From the NCBI GenBank assembly GCA_021792255.1, contig JAJYUZ010000006.1, positions 1 to 50,017 of the forward strand: DNA of 50,017 bases, written 5' to 3'. The notes beneath the pieces were generated by a model that did not search any database, had not been told where the DNA came from, and worked only from the letters and a program-made list of their open reading frames with translations. This DNA comes from Thermoplasmata archaeon (GTDB lineage Archaea > Thermoplasmatota > Thermoplasmata > Thermoplasmatales > GCA-001856825). Below, piece by piece: positions 41,389 to 50,017 of this stretch. Positions within the stretch are counted from its first letter, which is position 1; each line of letters opens with the position of its first letter. The translations under genes were made by a program, and so were the position numbers.

Positions 41389-41646
41389 TATTTCATCCTA
41401 AATCAAATTTTAAGCCTCTACTTAAGAATTTATGATTAACTGTCCTCGGTAAACAAGTGATTCCCCTGACCTGAAGGAGTCGCAGAACCTCCAGAATGAT
41501 TCATACCTCCAGAATTTATCAGTACGTAATACCCAGACAATTGACATTTTCCTGAAACCTGATGTGGTTACAGAACATTATAGGCATATCACGAAGGGGA
41601 TATATGAAGACGGAATCAGGTGGGGGTGCGGGTATTGGTGGAGATT

Positions 41647-42444
41647 TTAGCTCCAGTAGTTGTAAATCTCATCAAATTTTCTAAAGACTCCCATAATGAA
41701 TTCCGAAGCAGATTGGTACTGTTCGAGGGCCTGAGTTTTATGTTTGTCAAAGAGATCGCCAATTTTCTTTATCAATTCGTCTTGGTCTTTATAGGTTCCT
41801 TTTTGAATATCTGCTATCTGCTGAACAAGCGCGAGTCCCTCATAGTTACCGTGGCCAAGAGTGTCTCTCCTCGAGACGAAAAGACGATGACTACCGTCAA
41901 TCCTCTGATCTATAGGACTAATGTCATATCCAATTTTCTTTACCGCATCAATAGAAGGATCGAGAGATTCGATTTCATAAAAGGACCAGGTTCCATTCCC
42001 TTTGTCGAGAAATTCACCAAATCTATTCTTCCAGAAACCAAAGTATTTCTTCCCCTCAACTGTCTGTACGTCGTATCGAGCATACTTTCTAATTTCATTG
42101 GCCGTTATGCAGATTTCGTCATGTAACCCATTCAAATCCATCAAGAAGTGGATAATTTTTTCTACTGTCACCGAAGACAAAAGTAGAGAAGCGTTGAACT
42201 GTGCAATTATATACGAAGTTGATGCCTGCCTCATGATTTCTACCACTGTGTAAGGCGAGTCGTTAAGTATGTTATCTTTGTTTATGTCGTTTGTGAATTT
42301 CCAGTGTCTTAAGGTCCAAGGCCTAAAAATAGCGTCCAATTCTTTTATTCTTTCCTCCACTTCCGGTTTCCATAATAGAGATTGCTTATCGTCTGTTCTG
42401 AAAAAATCATCAAGACTTATGAAGCTACCATTACTTTCGAACAT
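41647..42444 (-). CDS. HEPN-domain protein (putative RNase toxin)
   Basis: Helix 'FNASLLLSSVTVEKII' and Rx4H motif RDTLGH (41851-41868) near the C-terminal helices. Confidence 0.6.
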   Translation of the reverse strand: MFESNGSFISLDDFFRTDDKQSLLWKPEVEERIKELDAIFRPWTLRHWKFTNDINKDNILNDSPYTVVEIMRQASTSYIIAQFNASLLLSSVTVEKIIHFLMDLNGLHDEICITANEIRKYARYDVQTVEGKKYFGFWKNRFGEFLDKGNGTWSFYEIESLDPSIDAVKKIGYDISPIDQRIDGSHRLFVSRRDTLGHGNYEGLALVQQIADIQKGTYKDQDELIKKIGDLFDKHKTQALEQYQSASEFIMGVFRKFDEIYNYWS

Positions 42445-42835
42445 GTAGAGCCACGGAAGCTAATTTCACTGAGGCATATCAATAATTTCTTGCTTTGCTT
42501 AGAATTTTATTCTCTCATTTTTTTCATTTCTCAAATCAGGCTATAAATTTTAAATATCCGATCCGAAATTTTGGTTTGTGATGTGCGTGAAAAACAACGG
42601 GTTCAACAGAGAATTTGACAAGCTGGTCGAGGGAAGGATGAAGAAACTCAACAGGATAAACCTGAAGGAGGAACTTGATTCCATGGATAACATTTCCGCA
42701 ATATCTGACAGGGACGGAGACGAAGTTTTCGGGGAATGATCTCGGTGAGTTGCAACATCAAAGATCGACAGACTATTCTGGTATGGAAAGACGGTTTGAA
42801 GGAACTTCGCCAAAGGAGGGATGTGGGACACTATT

Positions 42836-43867
42836 CTAGGATCGCCCAATATTGAACAGGTTGTGCCATAAGCCCGTGCAGAATATTGCGCTGTCAATCC
42901 TGTCATCCCTCCTCTGCGCCACATTCTGTCCCAGCATCTTCTTGTCTGCAGCAAATCCTGATTCAGAATTGCTCCTCTGATGATACTGCTCCAGATAGGG
43001 TACAGTATTCAAAAGGAAATCCTTTATCATGGATTTCCATTCTACGGAACCGTTTAGCGTCGAGTTCTTCTTGGGTATCAAGAACATCTTCGTCCCTTTG
43101 AGCGCATCCACATACGATGGAGAGGAGTAGTACCTGCCCAGCCTCAGAGAGCTCAGAGTCATTTCAATTGACTTGAGCATTTCCAGTGCCCTGTCGTACG
43201 CATCCCTCTCGGACTTCATCGAAGAACCGAATGCCACATACATCCTCGTCTTCAGATCCATCATGAAGAATGAGTATGCAAAGAGCCTCTTTCTACCAGA
43301 TCGCCCCTTCTTGTTTGATCCGTTGCTGTCCTCCTTGGCCTTGTCCTTCAATCTCTGCGCATAGGATTCGTAGTTCTTCTTTATTGTCAGGGAATAGCCA
43401 GTTCCGTCTCCTGTTGCATCGGATGAGTCTATGCCTTTATTCTTCAGTATGAGGATGTGCAGGTTGCGTATCGCCAGTATAACTTCCTGGTCTGAGTACA
43501 GTCTCTCAACACTCTTGTAGCTAACATCAATGCCGGAGAGCATTGAGAATATCACAAGCATGTTGCTGAACATCCTATTGGATTCCCCGACAAGCTGCTT
43601 TATCAGGAGCAGCTTCACCCTATTCTCTAGCGTGAGATCGTATGGATGCCCCGGACCGTGATGTATGGTTATAGTAGAAACTGCTTCCTTCACAAGAGGA
43701 TCGAGTTCCTTCATGGCCGTCTTTATCCTGTGGGAGAATTGTTGCTCATAGGTCCTCCAGTCCCTCTCCTTCATTGGATGCTCAAGCTTGTATTTCTTTG
43801 CTATGATCCTATCGATTTCCTCGAGCTTGAGCTTTATGTCCTCGTCGAAGACCTTGGGCATTGGCAA
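42836..43867 (-). CDS. DDE transposase (ISNCY/ISA1214-like)
   Basis: GDGTGYS, LRL(G)RYYS and RSNSESGF motifs. Confidence 0.85.
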   Translation of the reverse strand: MPMPKVFDEDIKLKLEEIDRIIAKKYKLEHPMKERDWRTYEQQFSHRIKTAMKELDPLVKEAVSTITIHHGPGHPYDLTLENRVKLLLIKQLVGESNRMFSNMLVIFSMLSGIDVSYKSVERLYSDQEVILAIRNLHILILKNKGIDSSDATGDGTGYSLTIKKNYESYAQRLKDKAKEDSNGSNKKGRSGRKRLFAYSFFMMDLKTRMYVAFGSSMKSERDAYDRALEMLKSIEMTLSSLRLGRYYSSPSYVDALKGTKMFLIPKKNSTLNGSVEWKSMIKDFLLNTVPYLEQYHQRSNSESGFAADKKMLGQNVAQRRDDRIDSAIFCTGLWHNLFNIGRS

Positions 43868-43935
43868 TATATATCATGGAGTAATATAAGCATGTCTATA
43901 GACATGCTTATTAACATCCATATTATTAACAGCAG

Positions 43936-44124
43936 TTGAGCAGGAAGATATTCGTGTTGAACAACTCAATGACCCTGAAGGACGATGAGATAGAGGGCAT
44001 CCTGGAGAGAACTGTTACGAAGCAGGGCACATCAGCAAAGGCAGATGTGCCAAGGAGATATCTAGGGAGGAGGGTCTACGTCATAATCACGAAATCAAAG
44101 GGAGAAGTGAGGGACGAGGAATAG
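43936..44124 (+). CDS. DUF2080-like transposase-associated small protein
   Basis: 'ERTVTKQGTSAKADVPRRYLGRRVYVII' inside the IS termini. Confidence 0.75.
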   Translation: MSRKIFVLNNSMTLKDDEIEGILERTVTKQGTSAKADVPRRYLGRRVYVIITKSKGEVRDEE

Positions 44125-44390
44125 TGTCCCACACTGCCAAAGGAGTCTAGATGAAGTTCTGAATGCGATTGGGACGGGGGGAAGGGAGAATGAATCGATT
44201 TGACAAGGAATATATAACAGGAAGGACCAGTGGGACATCGACTAGAAGATCATGATGAAGGGATACCAGACTACGAAGACCAGGGATCAGTTCTTTGAGT
44301 TCCTGAAGGAGAATATGAGCTTCGTGATAACTAAAGTTTCGAGCGAGAGGGCAGACGAGCTTATGGAGGAGCTAGAGCTGATTTAATCAA

Positions 44391-45614
44391 CTAACTCTTG
44401 GTTTTACTTGTTATGTACCAACTCTTGTATAAGAGAAGAAGTAAAGAAACTACTAGGTAAACAAGTATGATGGAAGGAATAAGCATACCTGTTATAGAAA
44501 TATTGGTGTCAGGAATTATAATGCTATACTTGGCATAATTTATGAGGTGGTACATCCCAAGTACAAGTGGAACTAGAACTATAAGATCCCAGAGTATCCA
44601 GGTTCCGAAAATTCCAAGATATCTTTGGAGAAATTTTAGTGGATCAAATACTCTATTTAGAGTCAATGAAAGGTCCCCACTTGAATCCATTATATTCTTT
44701 AGTTTCAGATTTGCTTCTGAGTTTATTAGCGTCTGAATAGGGGCATCATCTTTTATTTCCGCTTTAATGAATTCTGCAGCGTACGGACTGTTTAGTATGA
44801 TTGAATTAGAGTAATCTGTTTTAACAAGGAGAGATGCTATGTAGAAATATTTCACAAATACTGACTCGCTGGGATTAAAAGTGGGGATATCATCCTCTAG
44901 AAAGGAATAAACGTCAGTGGATATACGCTTGAGAAACATCAAATGTTCTCGCAAAAGACCAATATAACCCAAACTTCGCAAATCATCAGATTTGTTCACT
45001 ATTTTATCTAAGATTTTCTGATAGCTGAGGTATTGTGCTAAACCAGCAGCCATTTTTACATAGCCAGCATTGTCTTCCGTTTCCGATAATATCTGAGTTC
45101 CTGAATTATTTTCGTCCAGCAAATCTATTAACCTATTAAGAAAGGCGTCTGATTTCATTTCTTTCAGTTGATTAAGTAAATTGTCGTTAAACACTCTTTC
45201 CGCTTGAGGTTTTTCTGAATAGACGACCTCAATCAGCGAAACTAGAAATATGTCTCCAATCAGTGTCCTAACACGACTATCATCTATCTTTCCTTGATAG
45301 GTAGATGTTAAGTACTCTTCCAAACTATTTCTTAGGGAATCGCTCATTTTTAAAACGGAGTTATTTTGAAATTGAGTTTTCACGTTTTCCAAGATTAGTT
45401 TTACAAGTTCGTTCCTTGTGCCCCCTACCCTTGATAGAATATTCCCGAGTTGTGTTCTAGAAATGCCTATTGCTTCCCCGAAGAGGACGGCATAAAGGGA
45501 CCCCTCAGTTGGAGGCTGATTGCCAGTACTTGGATGAAGAAAAAATCTATTAAGAAGGGTTTCAGCAAATTGTATTACGAAATGCTTGTAAGTTAGTTCT
45601 CCATTGTTAGTCAT
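44391..45614 (-). CDS. Argonaute-associated putative membrane effector (helical domain + 2 C-terminal TM)
   Basis: 41 nt downstream of and co-oriented with the pAgo gene; two long hydrophobic helices at the C-terminus. Confidence 0.65.
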   Translation of the reverse strand: MTNNGELTYKHFVIQFAETLLNRFFLHPSTGNQPPTEGSLYAVLFGEAIGISRTQLGNILSRVGGTRNELVKLILENVKTQFQNNSVLKMSDSLRNSLEEYLTSTYQGKIDDSRVRTLIGDIFLVSLIEVVYSEKPQAERVFNDNLLNQLKEMKSDAFLNRLIDLLDENNSGTQILSETEDNAGYVKMAAGLAQYLSYQKILDKIVNKSDDLRSLGYIGLLREHLMFLKRISTDVYSFLEDDIPTFNPSESVFVKYFYIASLLVKTDYSNSIILNSPYAAEFIKAEIKDDAPIQTLINSEANLKLKNIMDSSGDLSLTLNRVFDPLKFLQRYLGIFGTWILWDLIVLVPLVLGMYHLINYAKYSIIIPDTNISITGMLIPSIILVYLVVSLLLLLYKSWYITSKTKS

Positions 45615-45655
45615 TGTTCTCCCATGTAATTATTTTTCATGAAAAAACGTCTCCA

Positions 45656-47383
45656 CTAGATTAGAAGTCTAATAGGAAGCGAATCAGCTAGGAGAGATAG
45701 CTGTGAAATAATCTCTGCCTTCTTTTTGAACGCAATGATAGGTTCAGGTATCCTAAGGGACGCAAGAGAATATATCCTGTAAAGTCGCCTTTTGGCAAGT
45801 CTGATTAATGATGTAACATCGTCTTCATCTATCTCAGAGTCCAGCGGATACAGCAGTTCAGAATACATCGTTCCAAAATCAAAAGGTCCCTTCAGTTTTT
45901 GAGAAGGTTGATAAAACAGATGTCTTCCGTCTATTGTCTTATAAGAGATTCTAACGTCGTCTGCATCATTTGATTCTTCAAGTCTCTCAATATTACTAAA
46001 CGTCTTCCCCTCGAGTGATGAAAGATAAAACACTTTCGATATGTTAACATCTTTTTGCCTCAAATTCCAAAGAAGAAGATTCAGATTCTCTTGCTTCATC
46101 CTTTTGGTAATGATAATACGGAAACTCAACTTGTGCAGACCCATTGAGTCGGAAACGAATTCTGCAACTTTCTGAGAGTTATTTATGATTTCGCTCTTTT
46201 CGAATTCAGCTTCATCCTGCGATTCGTCCTCAGGATCGTCAATTAAAAACACGTTTTCCTTTGACTCTCCTGCTCTATTTCCGAAGGTAACAACCACCCC
46301 CAAAAGATGCGAGTACTTGCCAGATGCTGCGAGTTTCCTATCTATCCACTCGTTGACCCTAGAGAAGTAGATGTAACCATCATCGGATATTGTTTCCTGA
46401 TTCGGATCTAATTCCAGTGGTTCTAGCCCCAGCTTCTGCAATACTTCAAGTTTGACCATATTGAGTGTTGCTATGTTAAGAGATGATACACTGATGTTTT
46501 GTGTTGCTATTCTCTTCTTAAGAGTTTCGACTTTCCAATTGAAATAATTCTTGTTCTGTGGTTCACCCTCGGAACTATTTTGGAAATTCGAGAACAGGCA
46601 GACCTTTGGGTAGGCATCTTCTGAGCAGGGTATCCCAATTGAGTGGTTGAATCTATCAGCTTGAATTTCAAATCCTAGTTTTGAGAAATCCGATGAAATC
46701 TGATTGACTAATTCATCTGAGAACCCTTTTTCAAATTCAAGTTTGTAACCCTTTCCCGTTAACTTTTTTTGAAAGTGATCTGTCACATAATTGAGAGCTT
46801 CTTTTCTTTTTCCTGAATTTAGCATATCTGATAATTTGCCTTCCCTGTTTGAACAGATTAATATCTTAGTATCTGAAATATCAACTTGGTTTTCCAATAT
46901 TAGACGGCTAAAGAATAAAGTCTGATTACTTATCTTCAGACTAAAGGTTTCATCGTTTAGAAGCTCAAGTACTTCAGAAGACTCCTTCATGATCTTCTCG
47001 GTCAACTTGATTGCATTCCTATCCTCAGGCTTTATGTATGGCCTTAAAATCAATAATATCCTATAATTTGCAACACGATATTTACCTGAAGAATACTCCT
47101 CTTTTTCATTTAGAAAATCTGTTATCAGATTCCAGCCTTCAACACTATTTCCTGATGAAAAGTTTGGGTACTTTATCCAACAGTGTGTCTTTCCCTTTTC
47201 GTTAGTCTCCTCAACACCCTCCAAGCCCTTAGATTTAGAATATTCCATAAATGATTTCTTAATCAACAGTATGTTCTCTGGTATCTTCCAGTTTGATTGC
47301 GCATTAACTATTCGGTTAGAGTAGTATGATAAAGTCAGTCCTGCCCTTAAATCATCTAAATCTGTAATTGGTTCGTTCTTCAA
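45656..47383 (-). CDS. Divergent, catalytically inactive prokaryotic Argonaute (MID-PIWI with ~250-aa N-terminal region)
   Basis: MID 5'-phosphate motif Y-K-Q-K (YFNWK...IATQNI...LQKLGLEP); PIWI strands lack Asp (GYIYFS, RIIITKR); C-terminal 'SLRIPEPII' and hydrophobic end LPIRLLI. Confidence 0.75.
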   Translation of the reverse strand: MKNEPITDLDDLRAGLTLSYYSNRIVNAQSNWKIPENILLIKKSFMEYSKSKGLEGVEETNEKGKTHCWIKYPNFSSGNSVEGWNLITDFLNEKEEYSSGKYRVANYRILLILRPYIKPEDRNAIKLTEKIMKESSEVLELLNDETFSLKISNQTLFFSRLILENQVDISDTKILICSNREGKLSDMLNSGKRKEALNYVTDHFQKKLTGKGYKLEFEKGFSDELVNQISSDFSKLGFEIQADRFNHSIGIPCSEDAYPKVCLFSNFQNSSEGEPQNKNYFNWKVETLKKRIATQNISVSSLNIATLNMVKLEVLQKLGLEPLELDPNQETISDDGYIYFSRVNEWIDRKLAASGKYSHLLGVVVTFGNRAGESKENVFLIDDPEDESQDEAEFEKSEIINNSQKVAEFVSDSMGLHKLSFRIIITKRMKQENLNLLLWNLRQKDVNISKVFYLSSLEGKTFSNIERLEESNDADDVRISYKTIDGRHLFYQPSQKLKGPFDFGTMYSELLYPLDSEIDEDDVTSLIRLAKRRLYRIYSLASLRIPEPIIAFKKKAEIISQLSLLADSLPIRLLI

Positions 47384-47414
47384 CTCTCCAGCACCCCCTC
47401 AGCCTCCATCAGCA

Positions 47415-47555
47415 TCATTTCCCCAGATTCTCCCTCATCCTATCGTACTGATCTTTCGATATTTCACCCTTTGCATACCTTTCCCTGAGTATCTCTTGAG
47501 AATTGAAATGGCGAAGGCATCTGTTATCTATGGAAATTTCTATGTTAATAGACAT
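47415..47555 (-). CDS. 46-aa SHOCT-domain peptide (not in ORF track; may be a remnant)
   Basis: EILRERYAKGEISKDQYDRMRENL is a canonical SHOCT pattern. Confidence 0.55.
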   Translation of the reverse strand: MSINIEISIDNRCLRHFNSQEILRERYAKGEISKDQYDRMRENLGK

Positions 47556-47561
47556 ATCTGC

Positions 47562-48359
47562 TCACTTGAACAATTTATCTTTTACCAATTTCTGACCCAG
47601 ATAATGGTTTACGTAGTACATGTCCGGGTCAAATCGCTGCGGTCTAGTTCTGATCTCGAATCCTGGATCATTAGGATTGTTACTGTCAAACAGAACTAAC
47701 CCAAGACCGTAAATCTGACACAGGGATTCGATCCTAAATTCGTCCTCTTCCGGGGAGTTTTTAGGGATAACAAGATATGTCTTGTTACTAAATAATCTAT
47801 AGGCGCAGGCTTGGCCAAACGCTGTGATCAAGTTGTTAGGATCCAGTTTTATCTCCGCTGACGTAACCTCTATTTGAAATTGTACTATATCACCTACCGT
47901 CGGCTTCTTTATACCTAGAACATCAGGGGTTCCCCACTTTTCCTTGAAAATATTTCCCCCCAGCGGAATTGCTTTTGTGCAATCTTCTGTTTCTTCTACT
48001 AACCATCTGGCGAAGCTTTCATAGAAATCATCCTCTGAAACCTTTTGGGGCTGTTGGGATTGCACGGTGTTATCAATCTGTTGGCCTTCAGTCCTCGCCA
48101 TTTCCTCTGTCGTTTCATCTGTATCTGCCGCCCTGAACAGCCCCCTGTCGACTTTAATTATCTTTTTTGAGTACGCAGGATCATTGACAATACCGGCTAA
48201 AGTTGTCCATACAGTACTCCTTTTAATTCCTGGGTCATTTCCGAACGAAGAAATGACCTTATGACCAAGGTCTGCATAACGCATAGTCTTAGCCTCGTCC
48301 TCGAGAATCTCGTATATTCTTTCCTTTATCCTCTGAATCTTTCCTCCTCTGTTTGCCAT
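47562..48359 (-). CDS. N-terminal wHTH (HARE-HTH/Mrr_N-like) plus PD-(D/E)XK nuclease
   Basis: HTH ending 'KVDRGLF'; SEDDFY...WGTPDVLG...SAEIK...GQACAY; RBS GGAGGT before ATG 48359. Confidence 0.75.
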   Translation of the reverse strand: MANRGGKIQRIKERIYEILEDEAKTMRYADLGHKVISSFGNDPGIKRSTVWTTLAGIVNDPAYSKKIIKVDRGLFRAADTDETTEEMARTEGQQIDNTVQSQQPQKVSEDDFYESFARWLVEETEDCTKAIPLGGNIFKEKWGTPDVLGIKKPTVGDIVQFQIEVTSAEIKLDPNNLITAFGQACAYRLFSNKTYLVIPKNSPEEDEFRIESLCQIYGLGLVLFDSNNPNDPGFEIRTRPQRFDPDMYYVNHYLGQKLVKDKLFK

Positions 48360-48524
48360 TTTACCTCCCCTCCAATATCTCCTCAATCTCCTTCAGGTGC
48401 TTTGCAACTTTCTTGCCCTTTTTCCAGTAGCATGCCCACTAGATATAGCATAATCTGTGCTTACTTAACACTTGATGTCTATTTTTCTATTCGTTCTTTA
48501 ACCTGAACTCCCGTCTTTTAGGCA

Positions 48525-49835
48525 CTATAGCCTATCGGGTAGTTTGACTACGGCCTTTTCTCCGGGAAGCGGACTTACAAAGTCCCACCCTCTCTCTATA
48601 AAGGATTCAACCTCATTTAGAGCGATGACTTTTTGTTTGTGACCATTGTTGATTATCTCTGTTTTCCTCGTATTGGTCATCTTCCTCAACTCATCCCGAA
48701 ATTCCTCAATATCTAGACCGAAAAGCCTTTCCTTTTCTTCATCACTCAGTTTCTTTCCAAACTGAGTTTCGAACATCATCAGGGCAAACTCTCTGAGCTT
48801 TCTCGTCAAATCTTCTTCCGGAATCCCGGTCCTTTCCGTTTCGAAGAACACTGCGGACTTGAGATACGCCGCTCTCATTCCCTCAACGATTTCAGGAAGC
48901 AACCTCTTGTTTGTTGAATATGTGGACTCAATGTCCCCTTTGTGACCCATCATGAACTGTCTCCATGGATGAGAGATAATTCCCTTGGACTCTGCTATAT
49001 CGAGTGCCGTGGCAAAATAAGCCCTTAAAACATAAGGTCTCATCATCAAGTCAGCGGATCGAATTGCGTTTCTAATCTCCCTCGATACCAAGAGGGTCCT
49101 AAGAAAGTTCCTTCTTGTACTTGCATTGGATGCATCAGGAATCAACAGAGGTGATTCCCTGTTCAGAATCTCGCCTGACTTTCTCCTTTCTTCTAAATGA
49201 TCCTTAATGTATTTACATCCCTCCTGACCCAGGAATGTGAAATACCTGAATCTAGCCTTGCTGAGACCGTTCCTCACGTTCACCTTAGCTGGAATGTGTG
49301 TGAATGAAACATTCTCAATGTTAAGGTCCTCAATGTCTCCCAAGAGGAGACCGTCAGTTCCTTCATAGTTCCCGAGACTTTCAGGTCTCAGGCCACTGAA
49401 AGCTAATAGCGCTATAGAGACCCTCCCCCTAGGTGTTGCCATCCTGAGTATTTTCGACAATTCGTCTTTCGTCGGAACTCTTTCGTTCAACGTGTTCTCA
49501 TTTACGTTTTCATTGGGTATATTGATCTTTATTTTATAGTCAATATCGTTGAAAACCAGCCAAGACCTAATGACTTGCCTGAATTTCCCTACGTAAGCAC
49601 CTTTCTTGCCATCTGAAATCATCTTTATGACAAAATCCTGGAAGTTGTTCTTTAAAGTGCCATCCCTAGCTTGCTCCAGGATATCATCGGGCGTGATCCC
49701 GTTCAGGTGGCAGTACAGGCCTAGATTTCGCCTCCATATATCTGCGGATATAGGAGACCTCATTCTAATATTAAGATACCATCTTTTTACCTGTTCGCTA
49801 TTTTCGAGGTTCCTGTATTTTCTTGTAAAGCTCAC
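48525..49835 (-). CDS. int: Tyrosine recombinase/integrase
   Basis: SGLRPESL, K in LSKAR, YVLRAYF (YxxR variant of HxxR), MGHKG, catalytic Y in STYS; 55 nt from attR. Confidence 0.92.
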   Translation of the reverse strand: MSFTRKYRNLENSEQVKRWYLNIRMRSPISADIWRRNLGLYCHLNGITPDDILEQARDGTLKNNFQDFVIKMISDGKKGAYVGKFRQVIRSWLVFNDIDYKIKINIPNENVNENTLNERVPTKDELSKILRMATPRGRVSIALLAFSGLRPESLGNYEGTDGLLLGDIEDLNIENVSFTHIPAKVNVRNGLSKARFRYFTFLGQEGCKYIKDHLEERRKSGEILNRESPLLIPDASNASTRRNFLRTLLVSREIRNAIRSADLMMRPYVLRAYFATALDIAESKGIISHPWRQFMMGHKGDIESTYSTNKRLLPEIVEGMRAAYLKSAVFFETERTGIPEEDLTRKLREFALMMFETQFGKKLSDEEKERLFGLDIEEFRDELRKMTNTRKTEIINNGHKQKVIALNEVESFIERGWDFVSPLPGEKAVVKLPDRL

Positions 49836-49890
49836 GAATGTTTATAACAGGCTTAGATATATACTATTCGATTACGTTCGTAATCGGGTA

Positions 49891-49903
49891 CCCTCCCCCG
49901 CAT
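49891..49903 (+). repeat. attR core CCCTCCCCCGCAT
   Basis: Direct repeat of the tRNA-Leu 3' end. Confidence 0.85.
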
Positions 49904-50017
49904 AGCAAAATAAGTTTAATGCGCTGTCTCCAATCAGCTCCCTTCATCCAACCGATATATAAAGAAATATTAAAAAATGACAATTATATATTATTAACGC
50001 CCTCTCCGTAGTTAAGA

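Larger units (their letters stand above)
42819..44135. mobile_element. Complete ISNCY/ISA1214-like insertion sequence
   Basis: 13-bp terminal inverted repeats TGTGGGACACTAT (42822-42834 / 44121-44133); target duplication GCCAAAGGAG (42809-42818 / 44136-44145); transposase plus divergent small ORF. Confidence 0.88.
115..49903. mobile_element. tRNA-Leu-integrated element (~49.8 kb), integrative/possibly mobilisable genomic island
   Basis: 13-bp direct repeat of the tRNA 3' end at both window ends, with a tyrosine recombinase adjacent to the distal copy; mosaic of cargo, IS and defence genes between. Confidence 0.9.

Noticed and set aside
1-50017. CRISPR array or other regularly spaced repeat-spacer array
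   Set aside because: None seen in the intergenic regions by eye, and no cas genes.

Overview
The window is almost exactly one ~49.8-kb integrated mobile element of an archaeon (Thermoplasmatales-like, inferred from gene style). It sits in the 3' end of a tRNA-Leu(TAA) gene (42-126). A 13-bp direct repeat (CCCTCCCCCGCAT, 115-127 and 49891-49903) bounds it, and a tyrosine recombinase lies next to the right att site. The left end holds a wHTH regulator and a divergent operon with a J-domain-like protein and a membrane-anchored P-loop ATPase/nuclease. A GC-richer backbone (~9-17 kb) carries paralogous hypothetical genes and several strongly base-paired intergenic regions. Metabolic cargo comprises MFS + MBL hydrolase, and MFS + split UxaA/SuyAB-like dehydratase + Ldh_2 dehydrogenase + GntR. 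IS3 and IS1634 remnants and a full-length ISA1214-like IS are present. The right half is a defence-island-like region: DUF3800, PD-(D/E)XK nucleases, type I R-M, a Dam-like methylase with a premature stop, and a HEPN protein. The most notable candidates are (1) a highly divergent, catalytically inactive prokaryotic Argonaute paired with a 2-TM membrane protein, and (2) an AT-rich four-gene operon (IucA/IucC-like ligase; GATase-like/prenyltransferase-toroid/TM protein; serine hydrolase; methyltransferase) that matches no system I recognise. All calls come from motif reading by eye; no database searches were run.
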